From: a virus
Reading direction: 5' to 3' (one strand)
DNA: 64,000 bases
IMG/VR virus record: IMGVR_UViG_3300034107_000490
Location: 5,422 to 69,421 of that record
In this document: piece after piece, positions 29,201 through 38,624 of the stretch
How positions within the stretch are numbered: position 1 is the stretch's first letter
Layout: each line of letters opens with the position of its first letter
Translations under genes and position numbers: made by a program
Notes under the pieces: model-generated
Database searches by the model: none
The model's input: only the letters and a program-made list of their open reading frames with translations
Told to the model about the DNA's origin: nothing

Positions 29201-32030
29201 TTTTATTAATTCAATCGCAGATCCAAACGAAAGACAAGTAAAACAAAACTTGCTAGATGAGTATAAAGAAACTCAAAAAACAAAATTAAACTTATTAAAA
29301 CAAAATAGAAGTCAAAGAAATCCATTAGAGATTGAAGCTCAACATATGGATGCCTTAACTAAAATAGCTATTAAAGAGTTAGAGCAAAATCTTTATGAAA
29401 TTAGAATTGATCTATCTTTAGAGTTGGAAGAAGATGAAGAATCTATAGTTGAGGAAGACTCATTTGACAAAACTGTAAATGACGCATTTACAAAAGATGT
29501 AATTGAGAGTGGTTTATCTGAGTATGAGTTTGCTATCAAGCACATGACAGGTAGCAACGAAGAAAAAGTTAAGTTATTCAAAAAATCGCTTACAAATTTA
29601 TTGAAAGGTAAAACTACAAAAATAAGAGAAAGCTTTGCAGATTTTATTTCTAACTCAGACACAGATCCTCAGTTAATCCAAAATATTAACTCTACAGATA
29701 GAGCTGTAAAAAGAGAAGCAATTGATACATTAGTAAATAATTTATCAACCGAATTTGCAAAACAAAACTTAGTAAGTTATTACACTAGATTTGAACCAAA
29801 AGGATATTCAGAAATGATTAAAAAGTTTGAAGATGGTGTATACAAAACTTCAGACCTATTTAATGATAAAGAAGGTTTAATCGAAAAGGATAGTGTTATA
29901 AGATACTTAGAGGTAACCCCAGACTATTCTTGGTTAGAGGATATCGACAGTCAAGATACTGTAAATAATAATTACATGCAAGGTGGTTTATCAACCCAAC
30001 CAATGCTTTCAAAATATGTTGATCCTGAGTTTTTCGAAAGATACGGAATTGACATGAACAAGTGGTTACAGAAACCAACAATGGATTTAAACCAATTGGT
30101 TCCAACCAAAAACATCGAAGAGTTTGAACTTTTAAAAGAGACAACAAACCTAAATAAAGAGACTATTAAGAATTATGATAATAGCCGTGACGTAAGCCCT
30201 TTCCAACGACCACAAGTATCAAAATCATTAGTCGAGGATATTGTTACATTAGACTGGAAGGATAGTATCAGAAACGTAATTAGAACACGTATTGATGATA
30301 AAGATTACGGAGAGGTTATAGGAAATATTGCTGCATCAGATTTGGGTGTAAAGGTTGTACCTAAGTATTTCCAATCAAAACTAGAAGATGTAAACAATGT
30401 TACTGAGAATACAGTAGAAGCGATATTACTAAACTTCAAACAATCTGTAACATACAAGAATCGTATTGCTGCCGAAAAAGATTTCAAAGCATTTGAATGG
30501 GCTATATCACAACAGACATTTAACCAAACAGGTAAACTAGGATCTAAGACAAACAAACAAGTATCCGGACAAACATCTGAGTATTTGAAGATGGCAAAAG
30601 AATACATTGACCATCACTTGTACGGAATTAAACAAACTCGTAATATGCACTTCTCCATGTTTGGAAAAGAGGTGGATTTAACAAGGGTTGTTTCTAAGAT
30701 GCAGGCGTTTGTTAGTTTCTCCAACTTAGGCTACAATTTATATGTGGATGCTGTATCTGCTACAACAGGAGTGCTTAACAACGTATCGGATAGATTAGCT
30801 AGAGATTACTTCCATAAGTCATCTATTAACCGAGCAATGAAACAAAGTATTGCTATGATGGGATCTTACCTTGGAGAGTCCGGAGGGATAAATAAAAAAT
30901 CTGCCCTCAATCACTTGACAGAGTATTTCTCTTTGCAAGACTTTGATTCTAAAATCAAGAATAGTTCTTATAACAGAGCAGTTAGATTCCTAACTAACTC
31001 AGCATACAAAACATCTAAGTTAGCCAACGTACCTGTTGGTCCTAGAACATTGTTAGCTATTTTAAATGACTTCAGGTATATTGATGGAAACTTCATTAAT
31101 TGGGAAACATTCTATGCTAAGAAAATTCAAGAAAACAGAAGTTTAACACGTAAGCAAGTTGAGTCTGAATGGATTAAGTACGAGAAGGATTCATTGTTTG
31201 ATAACATAGAGGTTACAGAAAAAGGTATCAAATACAATAGTAACTTTGCATCTAAATTTCCGGTGGAAGCACAAGCAAAAGAAGCGTTCAAACTACTTAC
31301 ACGTAAGGTATCCTTGAAAGCAAAAACTCTTGCTCAGTTGAATGATGGTACTCTGAATGAATTAGACCAGGTGGCAGCACAACGTGACGTTTTAACAAAT
31401 GTGTTTATGATGCACAGTGGTTGGTTACCAATCTTACTTACAAGACGTTTCAAGGGGAAACAATTCAATGTTGCTACCGGAAGAGTGGAAGAAGGTCACT
31501 TTGTTACTCTGTTTGACATTATGTACAAATCAATAATAGCAAAAAGAAGAGGAGAAAGCGTAAAAGAATTTATAAAAAATCTAGAGCCATACCAAAGAAA
31601 AAATCTTAATAGAGCACTGGCAGAGACCACACTTTGGTTAAGTATCTTAATGCTTGGTGGAGTTATTCTTGGAGCAGATGATGACGATGATTCTTATATC
31701 GAGGATTTATTCCAATACATCTACATAAGAACAGCTGCAGAGTTCTCAACTCAACAGTTACCAAGTATCCCACTTGCTTTAATTGATAAACTTAAGAATC
31801 CAATTGTACCAATCAGATCGATCGAGGCAATAGAGCCTATTTCACTTGTTGGTAAAATATACGAGGACGCAGTTAATTTTGGAGATGGACAAGGATCTGA
31901 ATTATTTAAACTATTCAAGAAGAATACAGTGTTAAAAAGATTCGATCAATACAAAGATGTACAAGCCCAATTAGATTCGTACAGATACTTCAACGACAAA
32001 ATACTTTACAACTTAGGTTCGGTAGACTAA
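26223..32030 (+). CDS. Giant protein, about 1935 aa, with C-terminal transmembrane-like segment (tape-measure-like or ejected protein)
   Basis: ORF track start TTG 26211; first ATG is at 26223 and overlaps the upstream gene by 11 nt. Mostly helical, low-complexity. TLWLSILMLGGVILGA followed by DDDDD near the C-terminus. Confidence 0.6.
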   Translation: MANNCLIKENPATGIVTEVTTPDGQPSKLFEVAYSIPFTGTTNKVAKIIDNAYTDEIKSMFEGATKYKYETGEPMLFVKDSKGNVYNDFDNAVIKGDVSSFSVGFMNPQTNEFIKIESWRTDVSDAGKHLVSLIKEGLLSPNRVLKDGKLIFQGEGQYPESRKASAQGVKTSIIFNLGIGNIDMFSDGTMDIHFPTNTVIAISENDAKVVRLEDKPSKLYAYDNFIQLSAAHAISKNGLRPLTKAAKSNIKKEDQALVNSLRNFLKDMGFEESVMSAYLEKHAIKYGTTPSVSALSDMAEKIVAIAEGEDIAENLTEEVAHIALEALAEKNSLVEILANIHFTEEYKENYETYKEAYSKLPQYQDKQDLDDAIRMEIAGKILAKAIRARFNAEQVVPEEASIFGKLKELWNKFTNYLQSISKPYHRNELTRLNQKIVDSIINQNLGLFNKDFYSDRIFYNAATAKSKKIESDLKAVKTVLNNVFNNILKTSTPNQSELDKIVDDMTEHNIISSINAINSMAKLLLKQIGENVKSALETDGLIPVQDVNVFNALKENVIPTLEKLRNQIDPKKLTISNPKVASSRINLIEDIGETIDTLSKLNPSIQEDFGKQVDKIVNDVLADTALTDQQKEDLKNEVSNGLKDVSFWSKNLGLASQSNNLYIQLIHQRVAQLVSDTNVEVKIKGDEIIRRIFTKGLNKFAKSIIKKDGKKNTAYFLSPVNQAKFDEDILNLKASVIANVTGKDLATIKEAITKGASSASFFTDEAQSIQFTKQFRDGKKLLTEQIRKSDYYTQRDNRFIKAGAADVTKETLASISSDRAALYGRIRRSDGTINRQDLTKSELLVEGSIQQRHKMYRSVYDQTGQIKEGLKLVRKSELTQAELNQVTGGQFKLPDSYDGYVVTTLPGVSKDSLDDSARITLDMNTLNLLYLSEVSGNEKTKTPSRKFTEQLEVLEDTGQDAFDWLRENSSFTLTQEFYDSVGQGKKYVDKAQDFINSIADPNERQVKQNLLDEYKETQKTKLNLLKQNRSQRNPLEIEAQHMDALTKIAIKELEQNLYEIRIDLSLELEEDEESIVEEDSFDKTVNDAFTKDVIESGLSEYEFAIKHMTGSNEEKVKLFKKSLTNLLKGKTTKIRESFADFISNSDTDPQLIQNINSTDRAVKREAIDTLVNNLSTEFAKQNLVSYYTRFEPKGYSEMIKKFEDGVYKTSDLFNDKEGLIEKDSVIRYLEVTPDYSWLEDIDSQDTVNNNYMQGGLSTQPMLSKYVDPEFFERYGIDMNKWLQKPTMDLNQLVPTKNIEEFELLKETTNLNKETIKNYDNSRDVSPFQRPQVSKSLVEDIVTLDWKDSIRNVIRTRIDDKDYGEVIGNIAASDLGVKVVPKYFQSKLEDVNNVTENTVEAILLNFKQSVTYKNRIAAEKDFKAFEWAISQQTFNQTGKLGSKTNKQVSGQTSEYLKMAKEYIDHHLYGIKQTRNMHFSMFGKEVDLTRVVSKMQAFVSFSNLGYNLYVDAVSATTGVLNNVSDRLARDYFHKSSINRAMKQSIAMMGSYLGESGGINKKSALNHLTEYFSLQDFDSKIKNSSYNRAVRFLTNSAYKTSKLANVPVGPRTLLAILNDFRYIDGNFINWETFYAKKIQENRSLTRKQVESEWIKYEKDSLFDNIEVTEKGIKYNSNFASKFPVEAQAKEAFKLLTRKVSLKAKTLAQLNDGTLNELDQVAAQRDVLTNVFMMHSGWLPILLTRRFKGKQFNVATGRVEEGHFVTLFDIMYKSIIAKRRGESVKEFIKNLEPYQRKNLNRALAETTLWLSILMLGGVILGADDDDDSYIEDLFQYIYIRTAAEFSTQQLPSIPLALIDKLKNPIVPIRSIEAIEPISLVGKIYEDAVNFGDGQGSELFKLFKKNTVLKRFDQYKDVQAQLDSYRYFNDKILYNLGSVD

Positions 32031-32034
32031 GAAA

Positions 32035-32068
32035 CAAAAAAGGGAGCACTTAGCTCCCTTATTTTATT
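32035..32068. terminator. Bidirectional intrinsic terminator AAGGGAGC-actta-GCTCCCTT flanked by A6 / T-rich
   Basis: Perfect 8-bp stem between the convergent gene ends at 32030 (+) and 32059 (-). Confidence 0.8.
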
Positions 32069-33465
32069 ACATCTAGTTTTGTTTCTTCTAAGTATGTGGT
32101 TGCATAACCTTTATACTCTTTCATTGTTTTAGCTGAGAACTCCCAACCTGATTCGTATATGGTCCAGGCTATGTATTGCCTTTTGATATCCTTTAGTTTT
32201 TGACCTTTGTGCTTTCCAAACTGAACTACATAATCCCTAGCATTTGATTTAATCTTAGGTTTGTTCTTGTCAATTATCTCCTGCTTAAGGATATCTGGTC
32301 CACCCATTGGAAATCCGGTTATAACCTTTTGGTTGCTGACAACAGCCCATCCGTAGTTTTCAATATCTTCTATAGTGACTGACTCAAACTTTCCAAACTT
32401 CTCTATATTTCCACAGAAGTCTAGTATGTTTCCACTTTCTTTGTTCGGATGAGGTCTACATACCCTTCCACACATTTGATACAGCAGAGCGAAGGAATTG
32501 GTAGGTCTCCCAACAATTACGTGTTCCATTTCAGGATAATCAAATCCAGTGGTAAGAGTTCCATAATTTAATACTACCCTAACTTCGCCTGATTTGAATT
32601 TTTCAATTATCTCATCTCGTTCTTTAGGCTTAGTATCAGCACTTACAACTTTGGCACAATCAATGTATTTTGCCATAGTTTTACAATTCTCTACGGTATC
32701 CATAAATACAAGAATTGACTTAGCCCCATCATCCAACAACTGTTTAAGTCTAATGTAAATCTTATTGTTAGTCTTTTGGACATCATTAGCTAAACGAATA
32801 GATTCGTCTGTATAATTGGATCCGTTGGAATTCAGTTTAAGTAAATCCCTGTTGTATGGATGTAGTTCGTAATTAAGTTCAGTCCACCAATTGTTCTCTA
32901 CCATTTCTTTGATCTGAGAAACGTATAAAATATTGTGAAAGAATTTAGGTCTAGTTCTATTCAGCATTGATAGTTTTGCACCATCCATACTATTGTTTAA
33001 TCTAAATGGGGTTGCAGTAAGACCAAGAACTTTTACATTTTTTCCAAAAGCACTAATGAATCTTGAAAACATACTTCCTCTTGATGGATCAATATTAAAG
33101 TGACACTCATCAATTATTATGTACTTAAGTCCAATTTCTTTAAGTTTTTCGATTGCATCATGCTTTAAGCTACCAATAGTTGCAAACGTAACTTCACCAA
33201 CTTTTTTACTATTTACCGAAGCTGAATAAAGTTCTGCCTCTAATCCTAACGAGGTATACTTTTTGTAATTTTGTATAAGCAACTCTTTAGATGGTTGTAT
33301 ACATAGTATTGGAGACTTAACTCTTTTAGCGATTTCGGCTACAACAATAGATTTACCAGCACCAGTAGGTAGAACTATGATGCCAGGTAAAACTTTGTTT
33401 CTTTCAAAAAATTCGACTCCAATGTCGACAGACTCTTTCTGGTATTTTCTTAATTTAAATGCCAT
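32059..33465 (-). CDS. SF2 DEAD/DEAH-box DNA helicase
   Basis: Motif I LPTGAGKS, motif II IIDECH, motif III LTATPFR, motif VI QMCGRVCR. Confidence 0.8.
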   Translation of the reverse strand: MAFKLRKYQKESVDIGVEFFERNKVLPGIIVLPTGAGKSIVVAEIAKRVKSPILCIQPSKELLIQNYKKYTSLGLEAELYSASVNSKKVGEVTFATIGSLKHDAIEKLKEIGLKYIIIDECHFNIDPSRGSMFSRFISAFGKNVKVLGLTATPFRLNNSMDGAKLSMLNRTRPKFFHNILYVSQIKEMVENNWWTELNYELHPYNRDLLKLNSNGSNYTDESIRLANDVQKTNNKIYIRLKQLLDDGAKSILVFMDTVENCKTMAKYIDCAKVVSADTKPKERDEIIEKFKSGEVRVVLNYGTLTTGFDYPEMEHVIVGRPTNSFALLYQMCGRVCRPHPNKESGNILDFCGNIEKFGKFESVTIEDIENYGWAVVSNQKVITGFPMGGPDILKQEIIDKNKPKIKSNARDYVVQFGKHKGQKLKDIKRQYIAWTIYESGWEFSAKTMKEYKGYATTYLEETKLDVIK

Positions 33466-33656
33466 TAGTTGTTACAAATATAAATTATCAAACCTAAGCT
33501 AATTAGGCGTAATACACTACTGTATAAATCGTGCTTTATGCCATTAACATTTACGCTACCAAATATGGTAAAAGTCCCTAAAATTATTAGGGACAAAAAC
33601 TTAATAACTTCCATATGTCTGTTGATTTGAGGTTGCTTTTTCTTTTGATGCAACAC
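33465..33656 (-). CDS. Small hydrophobic protein (63 aa), doubtful
   Basis: One predicted TM helix. Overlaps neighbours. Weak support. Confidence 0.25.
   Translation of the reverse strand: MLHQKKKQPQINRHMEVIKFLSLIILGTFTIFGSVNVNGIKHDLYSSVLRLISLGLIIYICNN
33475..33482 (-). promoter_or_regulatory. -7 promoter box (TATATTTG on the minus strand) 10 nt upstream of the helicase ATG
   Basis: Reverse complement of caaatata matches TAnnTTTG. Confidence 0.4.
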
Positions 33657-34119
33657 TCACAGATTGAACGATCGACTGAAGTGTATACGTGTAAAAATCA
33701 AATAAGTTCTCTGCTTTTATGAAAAACTCAATTAAGCTTTGAATCAAAGTTATCCTGTCTTTGTAATACTCACTACAGTAAACCATTTCCATAGCCATTG
33801 TTTGTTTGAACCCTTCATTCATAAGGATTGCAACACCTTCGCTCTTAATACGTTTTCTTGTTTCAGTCAAGTAAGTATAAGACTCTCCTTTGAACTTTCT
33901 AACTTTAGAGAATAAAGAAGTATAATACTGAAGCTCAGATATATAATTTCTCTTAAGACCTTCTAAGAATTCAATGCTAAAGAAGTCTTTACTATTGCTG
34001 TACTCCTCCGTCAGTTTTGCTAGTCTTATTAGAGACTCTTGGATTTCTTTTACGTTTTGTTCCGACAGCGGAATCAAGTCCTGTACTTTCAACGGTTGCT
34101 TCTGTTTTTGCTCTTCCAT
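33601..34119 (-). CDS. Hypothetical protein, 172 aa
   Basis: ATG at 34119. Overlaps the upstream ORF by 128 nt in another frame. Confidence 0.4.
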   Translation of the reverse strand: MEEQKQKQPLKVQDLIPLSEQNVKEIQESLIRLAKLTEEYSNSKDFFSIEFLEGLKRNYISELQYYTSLFSKVRKFKGESYTYLTETRKRIKSEGVAILMNEGFKQTMAMEMVYCSEYYKDRITLIQSLIEFFIKAENLFDFYTYTLQSIVQSVSVASKEKATSNQQTYGSY

Positions 34120-34672
34120 TTTTGTTTTTTCTTTTGGTTTCTAATACTTCAATTATCTCTGGGTAACGCTCTTCCATTGCATCTCTCATCAAAAGAGGAA
34201 TAGGAATATCACCATGGATCCCTATTGTTACTGATTGTTTATTCTCAGATATATCTATCTTTCGAATTTTCTTTGACAAATCTACAATATCTTTTTGAAT
34301 AGCTGACTGAAATTCTACTTCAAATCGTCTTTTTTCTCTTGCCCTAGAACTGTCATCTTCAATGATCGTCCAATCTTGACTCTTTAAATACTCTGAGGAT
34401 CTCAACTCATGCGTTTTGGCCAAGGATAACAACTCCTCCAAAGTAGTCTTTACAAGCTTATTCTTCAGGTCATTTTTAGCTAAGTCATACAAAGCAATAG
34501 CATTTAGCATTGTACGATTGACAATAAGATGCTGAAGTTTATATTCCTCTGATCTATCATCGTTTTGTATAATACCGGTCCAATCAATACTCTCTATGTA
34601 CTTACGCTCTTTGTTTATCGTGGTTTTTATACCCTCGATAAATACTTCAATTTCATCATCTAATTGTGACAT
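33992..34672 (-). CDS. Hypothetical protein, about 226 aa, basic C-terminal tail (start moved to ATG at 34672)
   Basis: The MSQLDDEIE start lies 1 nt after the primase stop. The upstream part of the ORF-track ORF overlaps the primase gene. Confidence 0.4.
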   Translation of the reverse strand: MSQLDDEIEVFIEGIKTTINKERKYIESIDWTGIIQNDDRSEEYKLQHLIVNRTMLNAIALYDLAKNDLKNKLVKTTLEELLSLAKTHELRSSEYLKSQDWTIIEDDSSRAREKRRFEVEFQSAIQKDIVDLSKKIRKIDISENKQSVTIGIHGDIPIPLLMRDAMEERYPEIIEVLETKRKNKNGRAKTEATVESTGLDSAVGTKRKRNPRVSNKTSKTDGGVQQ

Positions 34673-34673
34673 A

Positions 34674-35666
34674 CTATTGTTTTTTAATTCCCCACTTATT
34701 TTGAACCAAGTAAGGTAAGGTTCTAGAAAAATCTCCATCAAACTCAAGTACACACAATACACCTGATGCATTATAAGACTTGTTTGGATCAAATCCTACA
34801 CTAGTTGAGAAACAAGTAAACACTCGTTGTCTTTTGTCAAACAAGGCAGAAGAGATATTATCTGTTGCTCCTGGTCTTCTAAGACGTACAACCGATGTAT
34901 TCTCTGAAACAATAGACCAACCATTGTTTAGTAATACTTCAACAGCGTCTCCCTCTTCGTTGTAATGTTCAAAAGGAGATTTCTCCCAATCAATTCCGGT
35001 GAACATTTTATGGTTTGTCTCTTCTTTGACAACCTCGTTAAATGACCTTGCTACCTCAATCAATAAGTCGTACTCTTGCTCAGTTATTTCGGTGAACTTA
35101 CCGTGTAGTTTTTTATAACCGTTGGAAGGGGGAATCAGAAAGTATCCACCACAAACAGTTTCTGAACCACTTCTACTTTCGATAAGAACTCTTGACTTAT
35201 CATTCACAGCTATTTTCAGGGCCTTAGGGCGAGTTTCTATACTTCTGAAGGCTTCCATATAGGTTTCATGTTTTTCGTACTCCGTAGTGTGTCTACTTGC
35301 GTATCTTTCATTTCCGAAGAGACGTGTAGATGGGGCTTTAAAAACTAAATGGTATCCTTTGTTTATTGTAGATTGCACATAGGCTTTCATCAATAATTCT
35401 TTTGGAACAGCTTTCTTAAATCTCTCGAACAAATCTCCGGATAAGTCATACTTCAAATCGAAGTCCATACAAAATAACCGAGACTTACCGCCACAAAGTA
35501 TTGCCATACCTGAAGCACCCTTAAAGAATTCATCACATTCTGTTAAGGACATAGGATTAATTTGGTATTTACCCCACTTTGGAATAGTCGGATTCTTTCT
35601 AGAGTTAACAGGGATAACACTGTACCCCTGCTCTATTAATTTTTTTGCATACTCTACGATTTCCAT
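34674..35666 (-). CDS. Primase-polymerase (archaeo-eukaryotic primase / Prim-Pol N-terminal domain)
   Basis: GYSVIPV...KNPTIPKW followed by a CMDFDLK acidic motif, a pattern typical of bifunctional Prim-Pol domains. Confidence 0.55.
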   Translation of the reverse strand: MEIVEYAKKLIEQGYSVIPVNSRKNPTIPKWGKYQINPMSLTECDEFFKGASGMAILCGGKSRLFCMDFDLKYDLSGDLFERFKKAVPKELLMKAYVQSTINKGYHLVFKAPSTRLFGNERYASRHTTEYEKHETYMEAFRSIETRPKALKIAVNDKSRVLIESRSGSETVCGGYFLIPPSNGYKKLHGKFTEITEQEYDLLIEVARSFNEVVKEETNHKMFTGIDWEKSPFEHYNEEGDAVEVLLNNGWSIVSENTSVVRLRRPGATDNISSALFDKRQRVFTCFSTSVGFDPNKSYNASGVLCVLEFDGDFSRTLPYLVQNKWGIKKQ

Positions 35667-35670
35667 ATCA

Positions 35671-35979
35671 CTATCTTTTTGTTTTAGGACTACATCCTAA
35701 GTAAATTGCTACACTAAAAGAACCTCTTCTCCACTTAGGTATTTTAAATTCTTTTAATGAGTTATCGATTATATCAGCCATCAAGTCACCATTAATTTCA
35801 TATTGATCAAACTTAATATCTCTTTGACCTCTTTCATTTAATTCTGCATTTTTCCATAGTTTATAGAAATCCGCTTTAGGTGTAGCCTCTGCATATATTC
35901 TCCGATATATTTCATACAAAACCTTTTCTTCTTTACTTGGTTTGTGCCCAAGTAATTCTTCTAATTGTGTCTTTTCCAT
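35671..35979 (-). CDS. Hypothetical protein, 102 aa
   Basis: ORF only. Confidence 0.35.
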   Translation of the reverse strand: MEKTQLEELLGHKPSKEEKVLYEIYRRIYAEATPKADFYKLWKNAELNERGQRDIKFDQYEINGDLMADIIDNSLKEFKIPKWRRGSFSVAIYLGCSPKTKR

Positions 35980-36077
35980 TGTTATTTATTATTTGATTCG
36001 TAAATCATTTTTGTGATCTCGTATATGCTTGCGGATCCAATCTCTCCAAATTCTTGGTATATCTCTTTCATAATAAT

Positions 36078-36500
36078 TTATTTACCAGTACTACCATATC
36101 CACCTTCTCCTCTTTCAGTAGAAGATAACTCTTCTGCTTCCTCTAATTCAATAGATGGGTAAGGTAAAATTAATAATTGTCCAACTCTATCTTTAAGATC
36201 GTATACCATTCCTTCTTCTATGTATCTGAACTTAAACATGATTTCTCCTCGGTAGCCAGAGTCAATTACTCCTACAGAGTTAGAAAGATTCAAAGTTGTT
36301 TTACAAACAGAACTTCTTGGAAACAAAAGACCTACGTATCCTTCAGGAATCTCGATCGCTAAACCTGTTCCGTAAGTAACCATGGTGTTACCTTCGTTCC
36401 ACTCTTCACTTATTGCTGTAAGATCCAACCCAGCATCACCTTGCTTTGCGTAAACCGGAATAACTGCTTCCGGATGTAGTTTTTTAACTTTAATTTTCAT
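36078..36500 (-). CDS. dut: dUTP diphosphatase (dUTPase)
   Basis: All five trimeric dUTPase motifs are present: GDAGLDL, FPRSS, GVIDSGYRGE and C-terminal RGEGGYGSTG. Start placed at MKIKVKK (ATG 36500). Confidence 0.9.
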   Translation of the reverse strand: MKIKVKKLHPEAVIPVYAKQGDAGLDLTAISEEWNEGNTMVTYGTGLAIEIPEGYVGLLFPRSSVCKTTLNLSNSVGVIDSGYRGEIMFKFRYIEEGMVYDLKDRVGQLLILPYPSIELEEAEELSSTERGEGGYGSTGK

Positions 36501-36531
36501 AATAGTTGATTTTATATATGCAAATATAAAC

Positions 36532-36556
36532 AAAAAAGGCAGCACTAGGCCGCCTT
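36532..36556 (-). terminator. Intrinsic terminator (AAGGCAGC-actag-GCCGCCTT) after the polymerase gene
   Basis: Stem-loop followed on the minus strand by a T-run. Same family as the 32035 and 39926 terminators. Confidence 0.6.
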
Positions 36557-36577
36557 AAATGTTAAATTTTGCAAAAA

Positions 36578-38599
36578 TTAGTGTGTTTCTGCTACATTGT
36601 TTCCGGTTTGAGTCTCACAATCAAGTCTAACATTTAGTCTTATTTGTTCATTAACTTTCTCCATGGCATTATTTATAATTGCTTGTGTTTCATCTGCTTT
36701 GTCTTCATCCACAATGTATAATTGATCATCATGAGACTGCGTTACCGGCCAAATTCCTGCCTTTGTACAATTGTAAACCCAAATGTTAAAACAATATACA
36801 GCACTCGATTGGTTAATTACTGAGAACTTATCTTTTTCGTTTCGTAAGTAATACCAAAACTTTGATATAGGATTGTAAATCCAATTCTCTTTCTCAATCT
36901 TTTTTACCTCAAGACTTTCTGCAAAAACCTTGATACTAAAGTTGATCTTCCAATACGCTTCCAACAATATTTTTGCTTTTGATTCTGAAATCTCTAAGTT
37001 TCTCGCTAAGGTTGATGGACCTACGTTATACAAAGATGCATAGTTAGTAGTCTTTCCTGCACTCCTTGCAATCTTTAATCGATTCATCAGTTTCTTAGCC
37101 TCAGCATCATCTACGTTTTTTAACCTATCAAATTCAGGAGAAGGATTTCCAAACATATCCGGAGTAATGTTTTCTGGATTATCTGAGTCTTTTCTTTCCT
37201 TGTACCATTTAAACCAAATCTCTTCGTCTGCTGTCATTAAGTTGGCAAACACCGCAATCTCTGTATGTGGATCGTAGTACTTTTGTTTTGTCTTTTCAAT
37301 TCTAGCCGGATCAATATGGAACGTATAGTGGTCAGATGTCCTACTCTCAATACCACTTAAATCGCTTTGTACAATGATTTTACCTGGTCCTGCAATCAAA
37401 CATTCTCTAATCCATCTTCCGTCTCTAATATCACCTGTACCGGTGTAACGAGGCAAGTTTACAATAACCGAGTGCATCCAACGCATAGTTACAGCCAATG
37501 ACTGCAACCCTTGGTGTACAAACCCATTTTCATCCTTCTTATTAAGAAAAGATTTAAGTAATCCTATTCGGTGTGTAAGTACGGTAAGTCCATCAAATGC
37601 TTCGATCGCAGGTTCTTTTTCAACTAACTTTAGCACACTTGGACAAAGCATTTTATCCTCTGTCATTATTTGCTCAACAACATCTACCTCGTTGGTAACT
37701 TTGTCTCTGTTGTGTTTGAATGTCTGCGGTTTCCAACCAAGGGAATATAACCACTGCTTCTTTTGTACAACCGAGTTTGGATTTGGTTCATCGTAACCTT
37801 TGATTACTTTAATCGATCCCTCGTAGTCCGATGGTAGTTTACATTGGTCAAGAATTACCAACCAATCCTCACCAGCTTTTGACAAACTTCCGTCTGCTTT
37901 GTACAGGCCTCGTTTTGGAAAATTCTTTACAGCTTCAATTGGAACTTTTGGCATTGCAGCTTTTAGCTGAATTATTTTCTCTTCTTTCATCGCTTCAAAG
38001 TGAGCCAAGTTTGCCTCAGTCTTTTCTATGTCAACCATAACACCATCAGCTTCCTGACGATAGGAACAATCCATAATCCAATTCAGCAAGGATATCAAAC
38101 GCTTAATAGCATCTAAATCTCCATCGTAGATAAGTTGAAGTTTACGTAGTTGTTTCAACCAAAGCTGAGTATTAATTTTAACGTCTTCCGTACAACGATG
38201 CTCATACTCTTCGTATGTCAAAGTATTCCAATCCTTAATCTCAGGTTTAGGTACTCCAAATTCTTCTCCAAATGACTCTAGACCATACTTCTTACCCTCT
38301 TTAATTCTATTAGGTTCTAGATACCATGCAAGTGCAAGAGAGTCTATGATTGTAGCCTCTACTTTAAAACCGTATAGTTTTTCAATAGCAGGTTTGTCAA
38401 AACGTCTGCCATTGTGCATAACAATAGTCTTACTAGGATCAGAGAAAACTCGTCTAATATCTTCTTCTTTATTAGTAGCCTTCGTAGTCCAAGATCCGTC
38501 TTTTGTTTGGTAGCCAACAACAAGTACGTGCAACTTAGTCATTTGATCTAAGAGTCCGTCTGTTTCGATGTCGGCCACAAGTATGGAATCTAAATTCAT
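36578..38599 (-). CDS. Family A DNA polymerase with 3'-5' exonuclease domain
   Basis: Exo I DIETDGL. Pol motif A DLSGIESR, motif B RSAGKTTNYASLYNVG, motif C SHDDQLYIVDE. Confidence 0.8.
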   Translation of the reverse strand: MNLDSILVADIETDGLLDQMTKLHVLVVGYQTKDGSWTTKATNKEEDIRRVFSDPSKTIVMHNGRRFDKPAIEKLYGFKVEATIIDSLALAWYLEPNRIKEGKKYGLESFGEEFGVPKPEIKDWNTLTYEEYEHRCTEDVKINTQLWLKQLRKLQLIYDGDLDAIKRLISLLNWIMDCSYRQEADGVMVDIEKTEANLAHFEAMKEEKIIQLKAAMPKVPIEAVKNFPKRGLYKADGSLSKAGEDWLVILDQCKLPSDYEGSIKVIKGYDEPNPNSVVQKKQWLYSLGWKPQTFKHNRDKVTNEVDVVEQIMTEDKMLCPSVLKLVEKEPAIEAFDGLTVLTHRIGLLKSFLNKKDENGFVHQGLQSLAVTMRWMHSVIVNLPRYTGTGDIRDGRWIRECLIAGPGKIIVQSDLSGIESRTSDHYTFHIDPARIEKTKQKYYDPHTEIAVFANLMTADEEIWFKWYKERKDSDNPENITPDMFGNPSPEFDRLKNVDDAEAKKLMNRLKIARSAGKTTNYASLYNVGPSTLARNLEISESKAKILLEAYWKINFSIKVFAESLEVKKIEKENWIYNPISKFWYYLRNEKDKFSVINQSSAVYCFNIWVYNCTKAGIWPVTQSHDDQLYIVDEDKADETQAIINNAMEKVNEQIRLNVRLDCETQTGNNVAETH

Positions 38600-38624
38600 T
38601 TTAATAAAATTTAAAGAGGGAGAA

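Noticed and set aside
1231-31000. Numerous 60–160-aa antisense ORFs inside the large plus-strand genes (e.g. 1231–1413, 1817–2179, 12584–13075, 21535–21951, 29393–29662)
   Set aside because: They are entirely contained in long, well-supported ORFs on the opposite strand. Low-complexity Leu/Ser/Phe-rich translations are typical of antisense artefacts in AT-rich DNA.
13128-32030. Virion RNA polymerase (N4-like) or crAss-like DxDGD RNAP hidden in the giant proteins
   Set aside because: No DxDGD motif (only WTDGD) and no T7-like RxxxK…YG / HD motifs were recognised by eye. This cannot be excluded without profile searches.
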